DNA from: an uncultured Marinoscillum sp.
Lineage (GTDB): Bacteria > Bacteroidota > Bacteroidia > Cytophagales > MED-G16
Length of the DNA stretch: 64,000 nucleotides
Reading direction: 5' to 3'
Assembly: GCA_902523065.1 (NCBI GenBank)
Contig: CABYXZ010000003.1
Coordinates: forward strand, 40,574-104,573
Position numbers and translations under genes: made by a program. The notes below the pieces were generated by a model. The model made no database searches. It was not told the origin of the DNA and was given only the letters and a program-made list of their open reading frames with translations. Of this stretch, positions 56,254 through 64,000 are shown piece after piece. The stretch's first letter is position 1; each line of letters begins with the position of its first letter.

Positions 56254-57470
56254 TGAAAAAAATTAAAATTAATTTTGGTCCAGGATTCATAATAACATCT
56301 GCATTTATAGGGCCTGGAACAATTACTCTATGCACCTTATCGGGAATTGATTTTGGTTATTCATTACTTTGGTGTATTATATTTTCAATAATTGCCACCT
56401 CATACCTCCAAGAATTGAGTTCTCGTCTGGGTATAATTTCAAGATTAGGTTTGGGTGACATATTTAAGTCAAATATTAATTCTTCAGTAAAGAATATATT
56501 TTTTGTTTTGGTATTCATGTCTTTATTCATTGGAAATTCTGCATATGAGTCTGGTAACATAAGTGGAACAGTAATGGGATTAGAGACTTTCCTTGGAAGT
56601 GGAATGATAAAAACGTTAGGTATAGAATTTAATTACATTTCAATTCTTATATCAATCATACTGATAACAATAATTTCATATGGTAATTATAAGTCGTTTG
56701 AGATAATTTTAGTTATGCTGGTTTTTATAATGAGTGTCACATTTATAATTACAGCTTTCTTAACAAAACCTGATTTAAATTTAATTTTAAATGGATTTAT
56801 TCCTAAAATCAATGATAAAAATTTTATCTATGTTATAGGTTTGATAGGTACAACTGTGGTCCCGTACAATTTATTTCTTCATTCCTATGTAGCAAAAAAG
56901 AAATGGAAATCGAAAAAAGAATATAAATCTTCCGTAATAGACACTCTTCTCTCAATTATAATTGGGGGGATTATTTCAATTTCAATAATTATAACTTCAG
57001 CCGGAGCAAGAGGGTTAATTGACATAAATCAGATAAATAATGCTATTGATATGGGAAGACAACTTTCTCCATACTTAGGAGAATTTTCAAAATATTTTAT
57101 TTCAATTGGTTTATTCTCAGCCGGAATCACCTCATCAATCACAGCACCTGTTGCTACATCATACGCACTATCGAGTATATTTAATTATAACCCTGACTGG
57201 AAAGAAAAAAAATTCAAGGTAGTTTCCATAATTGTTATTTTAATAGGAACATTCTTTTCAACTATAAGCTACAACCCTATCTACATTATAAAATTAGCAC
57301 AATTTATTAACGGATTATTCTTACCAATTATTGGAATAACGTTACTTTGGGCTGTAAATCAGGTCAATCTTCTTGGTAAAGATGTGAACTCAAAAGGTTA
57401 TAATATTATTGGAATTTTAATTATAATTTTATCTGTTTTAATTAGTGTCAGAAGTATAAGTCTATTATGA
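56253..57470 (+). CDS. NRAMP-family membrane transporter (YcsG-like, associated with pxp genes)
   Basis: 405 aa with ~11 TM. N-terminal GPGFIITSAFIGPGTI resembles the MntH GPGFL..DPGN block, with DPGN replaced by GPGT. Confidence 0.7.
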   Translation: MKKIKINFGPGFIITSAFIGPGTITLCTLSGIDFGYSLLWCIIFSIIATSYLQELSSRLGIISRLGLGDIFKSNINSSVKNIFFVLVFMSLFIGNSAYESGNISGTVMGLETFLGSGMIKTLGIEFNYISILISIILITIISYGNYKSFEIILVMLVFIMSVTFIITAFLTKPDLNLILNGFIPKINDKNFIYVIGLIGTTVVPYNLFLHSYVAKKKWKSKKEYKSSVIDTLLSIIIGGIISISIIITSAGARGLIDINQINNAIDMGRQLSPYLGEFSKYFISIGLFSAGITSSITAPVATSYALSSIFNYNPDWKEKKFKVVSIIVILIGTFFSTISYNPIYIIKLAQFINGLFLPIIGITLLWAVNQVNLLGKDVNSKGYNIIGILIIILSVLISVRSISLL

Positions 57471-58225
57471 AAAGGTATATTGATCTAAACTGTGATATGG
57501 GAGAGTCTTTCTACGATAGGAAAGTTGGTAATGATGAGTTAATAATGCCTTACATAACATCCTGTAATATTGCTTGTGGTTTTCATGGAGGAGATCCAGA
57601 AACAATACTTAAGACTATAAATTTAGCTTTATCAAATAATGTAAAAGTTGGTGCCCACCCCTCTCTTTATGACCTAGAGGGTTTTGGAAGAAGGAAACTT
57701 AAAGTATCTCATAATGAAATTAGATCATTACTTATCTACCAAATTTCAACATTAATAGGTATCACTAGTTTTTTGGGATCCAAACTACATCACGTAAAAG
57801 TTCACGGTGCACTTTACAATATGGCTTCATTGGATGATGAAATAGCTACAATAATAGTTAGAACTATACTCGAAATAGATCCTAATCTAAAGTTGTATGG
57901 CCCATCAATGTTGAAATGGGGAAATATATCTAAAAAGTTTGGTCTAGAATATGTTCCTGAGGTATTTTCTGATAGAAATTATAATGATGATCTGACATTA
58001 GTTGATAGAAATAATAAAAATGCTATAATTAACGATCCAATAGACGGTGTAGATCACGTCATGAGGATGGTAAAAACAAATCAAGTAAAGACAATAAGCG
58101 GAAATCTAAGAAGTATTAAAGCTAAAACAATTTGTATTCATGGTGATCAAAATAATGCTGTAGATTTCGCAAAAAACATATCAATTGAACTATCAAAAAT
58201 TGATCATTATGAAAAGAGATTTTAG
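57467..58225 (+). CDS. pxpA: 5-oxoprolinase subunit A (LamB/YcsF family)
   Basis: 252 aa. IDLNCDMGESF, ACGFHGGDP and VKVHGALYN blocks. Confidence 0.9.
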   Translation: MKRYIDLNCDMGESFYDRKVGNDELIMPYITSCNIACGFHGGDPETILKTINLALSNNVKVGAHPSLYDLEGFGRRKLKVSHNEIRSLLIYQISTLIGITSFLGSKLHHVKVHGALYNMASLDDEIATIIVRTILEIDPNLKLYGPSMLKWGNISKKFGLEYVPEVFSDRNYNDDLTLVDRNNKNAIINDPIDGVDHVMRMVKTNQVKTISGNLRSIKAKTICIHGDQNNAVDFAKNISIELSKIDHYEKRF

Positions 58226-58892
58226 TTATGACACACTTGGCGATAGTACCTTGATAATATCAACTGATAAAGAAAATGTAGATGTCATCCGACATTTACA
58301 TTTAATCTTATCAGAAAAATTAAAGGATAATATTATCGACTTTGTTAAGACCCCTAATTCCTTAGCAGTTTACATCGATCCTTATAAAATTTCAATAAAA
58401 CAGTTATATAATAAAATAAATACTATAGTGGTTAATGAATCTTTTGATGGTATCAAAAAGAAAGCGAAGGATTGGAAGATCCCAATATGTTATGACACAT
58501 CATACGCAAAAGATATTTCCTCATTAAGTAAAAAGTTAGGTCTCAGTATTAAAAAAATAATTGAATTACATCTCAGAGAGACATACAAAATTCATATGAT
58601 TGGTTTTCTTCCAGGTTTTATATACCTAAAAGGACTTAATAATAATTTAAAAGTACCAAGAAGAAACACACCTAGAAAAGAAATTAAAGCGGGATCCATA
58701 GCCATCGCAAATGATCAAACTGGGATTTACAATATTAATAGCCCAGGTGGATGGAATATCATAGGAAGGACTCCTTTATCAATATTTAACAAGAAAAAAA
58801 ATCCTCCAATAAAGATGATTGAAGGTGATAATGTAAAATTTTACAAGATCAGTAAAGATGATTATCTTAAATTAAAAAATAATGAAAAATAG
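58209..58892 (+). CDS. pxpB: 5-oxoprolinase subunit B (KipI / allophanate hydrolase subunit 1 family)
   Basis: Start chosen at the ATG at 58209 (17-nt overlap with pxpA). IGFLPGFIYLKGL and AGSIAIANDQTGIY blocks. Confidence 0.85.
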   Translation: MKRDFSYDTLGDSTLIISTDKENVDVIRHLHLILSEKLKDNIIDFVKTPNSLAVYIDPYKISIKQLYNKINTIVVNESFDGIKKKAKDWKIPICYDTSYAKDISSLSKKLGLSIKKIIELHLRETYKIHMIGFLPGFIYLKGLNNNLKVPRRNTPRKEIKAGSIAIANDQTGIYNINSPGGWNIIGRTPLSIFNKKKNPPIKMIEGDNVKFYKISKDDYLKLKNNEK

Positions 58893-59820
58893 TATTGAAT
58901 TTTTAAGAGCTGGTTCATTATCTACGATTCAAGATTTAAGAAGAAATAATTCGAGAGTTTATGGTATTCCTAGAAGTGGGCCAATGGATCATAGATCTCA
59001 TATGTTGTCAAACTGGTTATTGGGTAAAGATTTGAGGAGTGAGACAATTGAGATGACTCTAATTGGTCCAAAAATAAAATTCAACTTTAATACTAATATC
59101 TCTCTTTGCGGAGCAAATTCAGAATGTCTCATCAATAATAAAAAAATAGATATGAACAAAACTCTTATTATTAAAGAGGGAGATGTTCTCGATATAAAAA
59201 AAATTAAAGAAGGAAATTGGATATATTTATCAATTTCAGCTGAAATAGTTGCAAGTAAATATTTTGATAGTTTGTCAACCTATGAAAAGTCAGAAATTGG
59301 TGGTATTAAAGGGGTTTCAATTAGAAATGGAGATAAAATAAATTTATTAGCATCTCAAGATATTGATCAAAAGAAAATCCCGAAAGATATTGTTCACGAT
59401 TTTAACGAAAAAATAATTAGGGTTATAAAAGGTCCAGAATATTATTTATTTGATGATATTAATTATTTTACCGATAATGAATTCAAGATAAGTCCTTCGA
59501 GTGACAGGATGGGTATAAGGCTAGAAAATGTTGGGAATAATAAAAAATTTGAGATTAACTTAGAGAGCTCACCTGTTGTGGAAGGTACAATTCAGGTGCC
59601 TCCCGATGGTAACCCTATAGTCCTAATGAAAGACAGCCAGACAACTGGAGGTTACCCAAGGATAGGTATAATTTCAAGTGTCGATATCTCAAAAATATCA
59701 CAAATTAGAGCCAACAAAAGTGTTAAGTTTAGATTCATCTCTTTGGATGAATCAAACAGGCTTATAGATTACGATAAAAAAAAATATAAATCAAGATTAG
59801 GTGTAAATCTAGTCTCCTAG
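58882..59820 (+). CDS. pxpC: 5-oxoprolinase subunit C (KipA / allophanate hydrolase subunit 2 family)
   Basis: 312 aa. SDRMGIRLE, GTIQVPPDGNPIVLM and QTTGGYPRIG blocks. Confidence 0.85.
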   Translation: MKNSIEFLRAGSLSTIQDLRRNNSRVYGIPRSGPMDHRSHMLSNWLLGKDLRSETIEMTLIGPKIKFNFNTNISLCGANSECLINNKKIDMNKTLIIKEGDVLDIKKIKEGNWIYLSISAEIVASKYFDSLSTYEKSEIGGIKGVSIRNGDKINLLASQDIDQKKIPKDIVHDFNEKIIRVIKGPEYYLFDDINYFTDNEFKISPSSDRMGIRLENVGNNKKFEINLESSPVVEGTIQVPPDGNPIVLMKDSQTTGGYPRIGIISSVDISKISQIRANKSVKFRFISLDESNRLIDYDKKKYKSRLGVNLVS

Positions 59821-62781
59821 CTCATCTTTTAAGTTATTAAAAGAATTTTTTAAGTCCTCTAACCTTTCGTATGCATCCTTTCCAGGAACTTGGTCTGCTC
59901 TCCCAAGCATCGACTGAAGATATCTAACCTGATCAATAAGCATTGGCTGCATATACGTACCAGACTTTGTGACTAATAGATTATAAACTCTTTCATATGT
60001 ATCATTATTGGATTCTCTCATCTTCTCATCTAAACTAGTTTTAAAGAGTTTAAGTTCTGTCACAAAATCCCTTATATCAAGTAATAAGCTTTCTTGTTCT
60101 TGATAGTCTTTAATTGACATATCTGATATTCTAGGATCTTCTAATATCTTAAAGTTTTTTGAATAAACCTCTCCATCTATATCTAGTTTAATAACATACT
60201 CACCTGGTGAAACCATTGGACCAAACCTGAATGATCTTTCATCATTGTCATCCCATGACCCCCTATGTCTCATATCCCAACTAAATCTATTTAATCCTTT
60301 TTCCATCGTTATATTATTGCTTTTGAGAGTAACAAAAGTACTTGTAGACATCACGTAATTATTAACCTGTTCTTCATTCTTGGTTGACGAATATGAATTA
60401 ACCATTTGCCCTCGGGAATCATATACAGAAATTTTAACATTTTCAACGTCATCATGTGAAATAAAGTAATCAAAATCAACGGCTGATGAGGGGTAGCTCA
60501 CGTGATCATCACTGTATGATCGGTACCTAAATCTATACGTTTCAGTTATATCGAGTAATGGTTGTTGAGATGAAAAGTTACCATAAGATCTCAGAGGAGC
60601 AATATTATCTAATATCCAAAATGATCTACCCATAGTTGATAGAACTAGATCATTTCTGTGAATTTTCATGTCAGTTATTGGTGTTACAGGCATATTATTT
60701 TGAAATTGAGTCCAATTTTCTCCGTCATCCATAGAGATAAATACTCCAAACTCCGTCCCCGCAAAAAGTAATCCTTCTCTTATAGGATCTTCCCTTAAAA
60801 CCCTAACGGGAAAGTCTGATGGTATCCCCTCAGTTATTAATTTCCAAGATTTACCATAATTATCTGTCTTATAAATGTAGGGACTCCAGTCACCCAACTG
60901 GTACCTGAGAACTGTAACATAAGCCTTTCCTTCTTTATGTCTAGATGGTTCAACTGAATCTACCCTTCCACCCTTATTTTTTTTATTTGGAGTAACATCT
61001 TTCCAACTTTCACCACCATCTCTTGTTACGTGGACTGGACCATCATTAGCACCAACCCATATTAAACCCTCTTTAATACTTGACTCCCTTACAGAATATA
61101 TTGTACTATAAAATTCCTCTCCAGTTATATCTCTTGTTATAGGAGCGCCGGAGATAACTTGCTTATCTTTCTCGTAAGCGGTTAGATCAGGTGATATTGT
61201 CTCCCACGTAACTCCCTCATCAGTTGTTTTATGTAAAAATTGAGAGGCATGATAGATAACATTTGGATTATGTGGCGATATGTGAATTGGTGCAACTCTC
61301 TGGAATCTATATTTTAAGTCTTTTGGGTTATGACCATACATATTTGAGGCTCCAACATAATACTGCTTCTCCTGACCTGTAACCTTATTAAAAACACCAA
61401 ATCTTCCCTTACAATTAGAATAAACAATATTTGGATTTCCAGGTTTTGGTACAGCTGGACCAGTCTCACAACCACCAGTGTTAGTTATATAAGCGTTTGG
61501 ACCTGCCTGTAGACCGTATGGAGGCAAACTTGGAACAGATACCGTAGAATAATTATCTTGCTGCCCACCATAAAGCCAATATGGATACTGATCGTCTACT
61601 TCTACTTGATATATTTCTGCTGTCGGTTGGTTGAATTGAGTTGTCCATGTTCTACCTGAATTAAAAGTAATGTTAGCACCACCGTCATTTGATTGTATCC
61701 AAACGGAGGTATCTTCAGGATTTATCCATATATCATGGTTATCTCCATGAGGAGTACTGTAAGACTTCCATGTAGCACCAGCATCTTTTGATATCATAAA
61801 TCTGTTTGCACTGGAGTAAAGGATATCAGAGTTTAATGGATTAGACTCGACATTTAGATAGTAAAATGGTCTATTTACAAGTTCCTCCCTATTATTCATA
61901 TGTTCAAATGTATCTCCCCTATTTTCAGATTTATATAAACCACCTTTTCCATCTGAGGCTTCAACCATCAGAAATAATCTATCTGGATTAGATTTAGATA
62001 CAGCTATATCAATTTTTCCAATGTATTCTGCTTCAATTCCAATATTTATTTTCTCCCAATTATCTCCGCCATCTACTGACTTGTAAGCTCCTCCATTTGT
62101 TGAACCACTTATAATTGTCCATGGTTTTCTCTCAGCTCTCCAAGAGGCGGCATATATTATATTTGGATTATCTGGCGCATATTCCACATCAACAATTCCA
62201 ATAGAGTCAGAAAGGAAAAGTATATTCTTCCAGCTTTTGCCACCATCATTTGAATGATATAAACCCCTTTCATTATTTTTCCTAAAAGGTTGACCAATAG
62301 CAGCAACAAGTATGTTATTCGGATCATCAGGGTGAATCTCAACTGCTCCAATTTGACCAACATCAGATAATCCTATATTTTTCCACGTATTTCCTGCATC
62401 ATCGGACCTGTATAGGCCTTTTCCGACAATAATGTTAGACCTCAAACCATCTGATCCAGTACCAACATATACAATATCAGGATTTTTCTGGTATACATTT
62501 ATAGCACCTATTGATGGAGAGGAAAAGAATCCGTCAGAAATATTAAACCAATTTAATCCAGCATCATTTGTTTTCCAGACTCCACCACCAGTGGTACCCA
62601 TGTAGAAGGTATTTCTTTCAGAAGTCACTCCATGAACTGTTGTAACCCGTCCACCTCTTATTGGCCCAACACTTCTGTACTTAAGGTTATTCAATTGTAA
62701 GGCATCACCTTCAGTAGGATTTGATAATAAATCATCATTACTTATAGAAAAAATTGAAATTAAAAAAATAAATAAACTCAT
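59809..62781 (-). CDS. sortilin/VPS10-like BNR (Asp-box) repeat protein, secreted
   Basis: 990 aa with a signal peptide. At least nine SxDxGxTW-type Asp boxes (SDDAGNTW, SNDGGKSW, SVDGGDNW, SKDAGATW, TTDEGVTW, TRDGGESW, TDNYGKSW, SMDDGENW ...). The ~250-aa C-terminal region has no Asp boxes. Confidence 0.8.
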   Translation of the reverse strand: MSLFIFLISIFSISNDDLLSNPTEGDALQLNNLKYRSVGPIRGGRVTTVHGVTSERNTFYMGTTGGGVWKTNDAGLNWFNISDGFFSSPSIGAINVYQKNPDIVYVGTGSDGLRSNIIVGKGLYRSDDAGNTWKNIGLSDVGQIGAVEIHPDDPNNILVAAIGQPFRKNNERGLYHSNDGGKSWKNILFLSDSIGIVDVEYAPDNPNIIYAASWRAERKPWTIISGSTNGGAYKSVDGGDNWEKINIGIEAEYIGKIDIAVSKSNPDRLFLMVEASDGKGGLYKSENRGDTFEHMNNREELVNRPFYYLNVESNPLNSDILYSSANRFMISKDAGATWKSYSTPHGDNHDIWINPEDTSVWIQSNDGGANITFNSGRTWTTQFNQPTAEIYQVEVDDQYPYWLYGGQQDNYSTVSVPSLPPYGLQAGPNAYITNTGGCETGPAVPKPGNPNIVYSNCKGRFGVFNKVTGQEKQYYVGASNMYGHNPKDLKYRFQRVAPIHISPHNPNVIYHASQFLHKTTDEGVTWETISPDLTAYEKDKQVISGAPITRDITGEEFYSTIYSVRESSIKEGLIWVGANDGPVHVTRDGGESWKDVTPNKKNKGGRVDSVEPSRHKEGKAYVTVLRYQLGDWSPYIYKTDNYGKSWKLITEGIPSDFPVRVLREDPIREGLLFAGTEFGVFISMDDGENWTQFQNNMPVTPITDMKIHRNDLVLSTMGRSFWILDNIAPLRSYGNFSSQQPLLDITETYRFRYRSYSDDHVSYPSSAVDFDYFISHDDVENVKISVYDSRGQMVNSYSSTKNEEQVNNYVMSTSTFVTLKSNNITMEKGLNRFSWDMRHRGSWDDNDERSFRFGPMVSPGEYVIKLDIDGEVYSKNFKILEDPRISDMSIKDYQEQESLLLDIRDFVTELKLFKTSLDEKMRESNNDTYERVYNLLVTKSGTYMQPMLIDQVRYLQSMLGRADQVPGKDAYERLEDLKNSFNNLKDELGD

Positions 62782-63737
62782 TATAATTGATTTAAATTGT
62801 TGTATACCGTATTAGTTATCATAATATCTTGCACTGCTACTCCTGTTAGGTCAGCCACTGTTATATCATCCTCACTTAATCTACCATTATTTTTACTCAT
62901 AATTACATCACCAAGTTCAACTAAATCTGATCTATTGATTATATTTTTTTCGAGGGCATATTTTGTCTCACCTCTCTCCACACACTGGGAAACACTGTCA
63001 ACTACAACAAGATTAGCTAAACCTAAAATATTTGAGTCCAATTCTCTTTTTTCAGGTGTATCAGATCCAACTGCTGTAATATGGGTACCTAGTTTGATGT
63101 CTGATTTGTTTATTAGAGATTCATTCGCACTTGTTGTAGTTACAACTAAATTACAAGACTCACATAATTGTTTGGAGTTGTTAGCAACTTCAAGATTAAA
63201 TCCCTCTTTTCTCATGTCTTCAATATAATCATTAATTTTCTTACTATCCCTTCCCAGAACCATAACATCAACGCATCTAGTTGTATACTTTATGTATTTG
63301 AGTTGTAACCTTGCTTGAATACCTGTGCCAATTATTCCTATTTTAGTAACCTTCTTTGGTGCAAGGTATTTTGCACAAATTGATCCAGCCACAGCAGTCC
63401 TAACGTTAGTGAGATATCCCTCGTCGTGAAGAATACATTTAAGATATCCTGACCGACTATCAAACATAACCATTACACCATGGCTTGTAGAAAGTCCCAA
63501 TTGGTTATTTTCAGGAAATCCTGAAGCTATTTTTATTACGTAATTGTCGTGACCTTTAATATATCCATATTTAATATGGACATCACCAGGAGGATCAGTA
63601 AATAACAATTCACCTACGGGTGGAACTACCGAATTACCTTTAGAATATTCAACAAAACCTTTCTCAATTGTATCAATCAAGTCAATGCCTTCAATAGCAT
63701 TAATAATTTCCTTTTTTGAGTAGATTTTTTTATTCAT
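62781..63737 (-). CDS. ornithine cyclodeaminase / mu-crystallin family protein
   Basis: Start chosen at the ATG at 63737 (ATGA overlap with the upstream gene; the track start at 63764 adds 9 aa). LTNVRTAVAGSICAKYLAP, Rossmann motif IGIIGTGIQA and GTHITAVGSDTP blocks. Confidence 0.85.
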   Translation of the reverse strand: MNKKIYSKKEIINAIEGIDLIDTIEKGFVEYSKGNSVVPPVGELLFTDPPGDVHIKYGYIKGHDNYVIKIASGFPENNQLGLSTSHGVMVMFDSRSGYLKCILHDEGYLTNVRTAVAGSICAKYLAPKKVTKIGIIGTGIQARLQLKYIKYTTRCVDVMVLGRDSKKINDYIEDMRKEGFNLEVANNSKQLCESCNLVVTTTSANESLINKSDIKLGTHITAVGSDTPEKRELDSNILGLANLVVVDSVSQCVERGETKYALEKNIINRSDLVELGDVIMSKNNGRLSEDDITVADLTGVAVQDIMITNTVYNNLNQL

Positions 63738-64000
63738 AAAATCGATTTTAGGGTTTTTTTGCAAATATTTCCACCACAGACAATAATAACTATATTTTTG
63801 AGGTCTGTTATATCTTTTCTCATTTTGATTAAAGAGGCAATTGCTACAGCAGCAGCACCTTCTACAATAATCTTTTCATCTTTCAAAGTTTTTGATATTT
63901 GTAATGCTATTTCCTGCTCGTTAACTAAACATGTTTTATCAATATATCTTTTACACAAATCATGAGTAATTGATCCATTCTCTACCCCTCCAGCCGATCC
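63734..64000 (-). CDS. PLP-dependent threonine/serine dehydratase-like enzyme, C-terminal ~88 aa (5' end outside the window)
   Basis: The reverse frame is open to position 64000. ...VNEQEIALQI...IIVEGAAAVAIASL...NIVIIVCGGNI is typical of the fold-type II PLP dehydratase C-terminus. Confidence 0.6.
   Translation of the reverse strand, partial: GSAGGVENGSITHDLCKRYIDKTCLVNEQEIALQISKTLKDEKIIVEGAAAVAIASLIKMRKDITDLKNIVIIVCGGNICKKTLKSIL

Noticed and set aside
49515-63965. Embedded or antisense track ORFs at 49515-49718(+), 53781-54002(+), 56357-56560(-), 62157-62363(-), 62797-63228(+) and 63759-63965(+)
   Set aside because: They are shadow ORFs inside the ATE-like gene, gnd, the NRAMP gene, the BNR gene, the OCD gene and the dehydratase-like gene.
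1-64000. Search by eye for tRNA/rRNA genes, CRISPR arrays, transposases, integrases and long inverted or direct repeats
   Set aside because: None were recognised. There are no T-loop GGTTCGAATCC-like sequences, no regularly spaced repeats, and no recombinase-like ORFs. A proper tRNAscan/Infernal/repeat-finder run is needed to exclude small elements.

Overview
AT-rich window (roughly 30% GC by eye) that looks like a marine Flavobacteriia (Bacteroidota) chromosome. The evidence is gene content and order: an ExbB/ExbD/TonB cluster followed by folC, a T9SS-type C-terminal sorting domain, many SusD-free glycosidases and DUF families, no Shine-Dalgarno sequences, and TAnnTTTG-type promoter boxes. 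Every call was made by eye from the ORF translations and the raw sequence; no database search was run.

Layout:
- (i) 1-17 kb, housekeeping genes mostly on the + strand: tyrS (partial), holA, a TPR/outer-membrane barrel/SPOR/ExbB/ExbD/TonB-like envelope cluster, folC, trmB, mnmA, rpe, gyrA.
- (ii) 17.6-24.7 kb, a minus-strand string: M1 aminopeptidase, Big2+LVIVD propeller, YVTN propeller with a Met/His-rich loop, GH3 beta-glucosidase.
- (iii) 24.8-51 kb, an accessory-looking stretch with no mobility genes. It holds secreted or lipoprotein genes (CotH kinase-like T9SS cargo, GH20 hexosaminidase, fasciclin, CIA30, HGSNAT/DUF5009-like acyltransferase), a gpt-yhhQ salvage pair, several NTF2/SnoaL-like and ABM-like small proteins, DUF2892 x2, DUF4920, DUF2237, a SOUL protein, a SemiSWEET, and many small membrane proteins. 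Several tightly packed micro-ORFs here are absent from the ORF track.
- (iv) 51-64 kb: DUF1080, DUF3078, gnd divergent from a tightly coupled zwf-pgl-NRAMP-pxpABC string, then a convergent threonine-dehydratase-like (partial)/ornithine-cyclodeaminase-like/sortilin-BNR string.

I found no rRNA, tRNA, CRISPR array, transposase or integrase.

I cannot firmly establish a new system from sequence alone. The most interesting candidates are:
- a conserved ~24-nt motif straddling the start codons of four secreted-protein genes, possibly a -7 promoter box giving leaderless mRNAs;
- a small HYT-motif protein flanked by two 44-aa membrane micro-ORFs;
- the micro-ORF string leading into the SemiSWEET gene;
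- the Met/His-rich propeller pair;
- the pentose-phosphate/NRAMP/5-oxoprolinase operon fusion.
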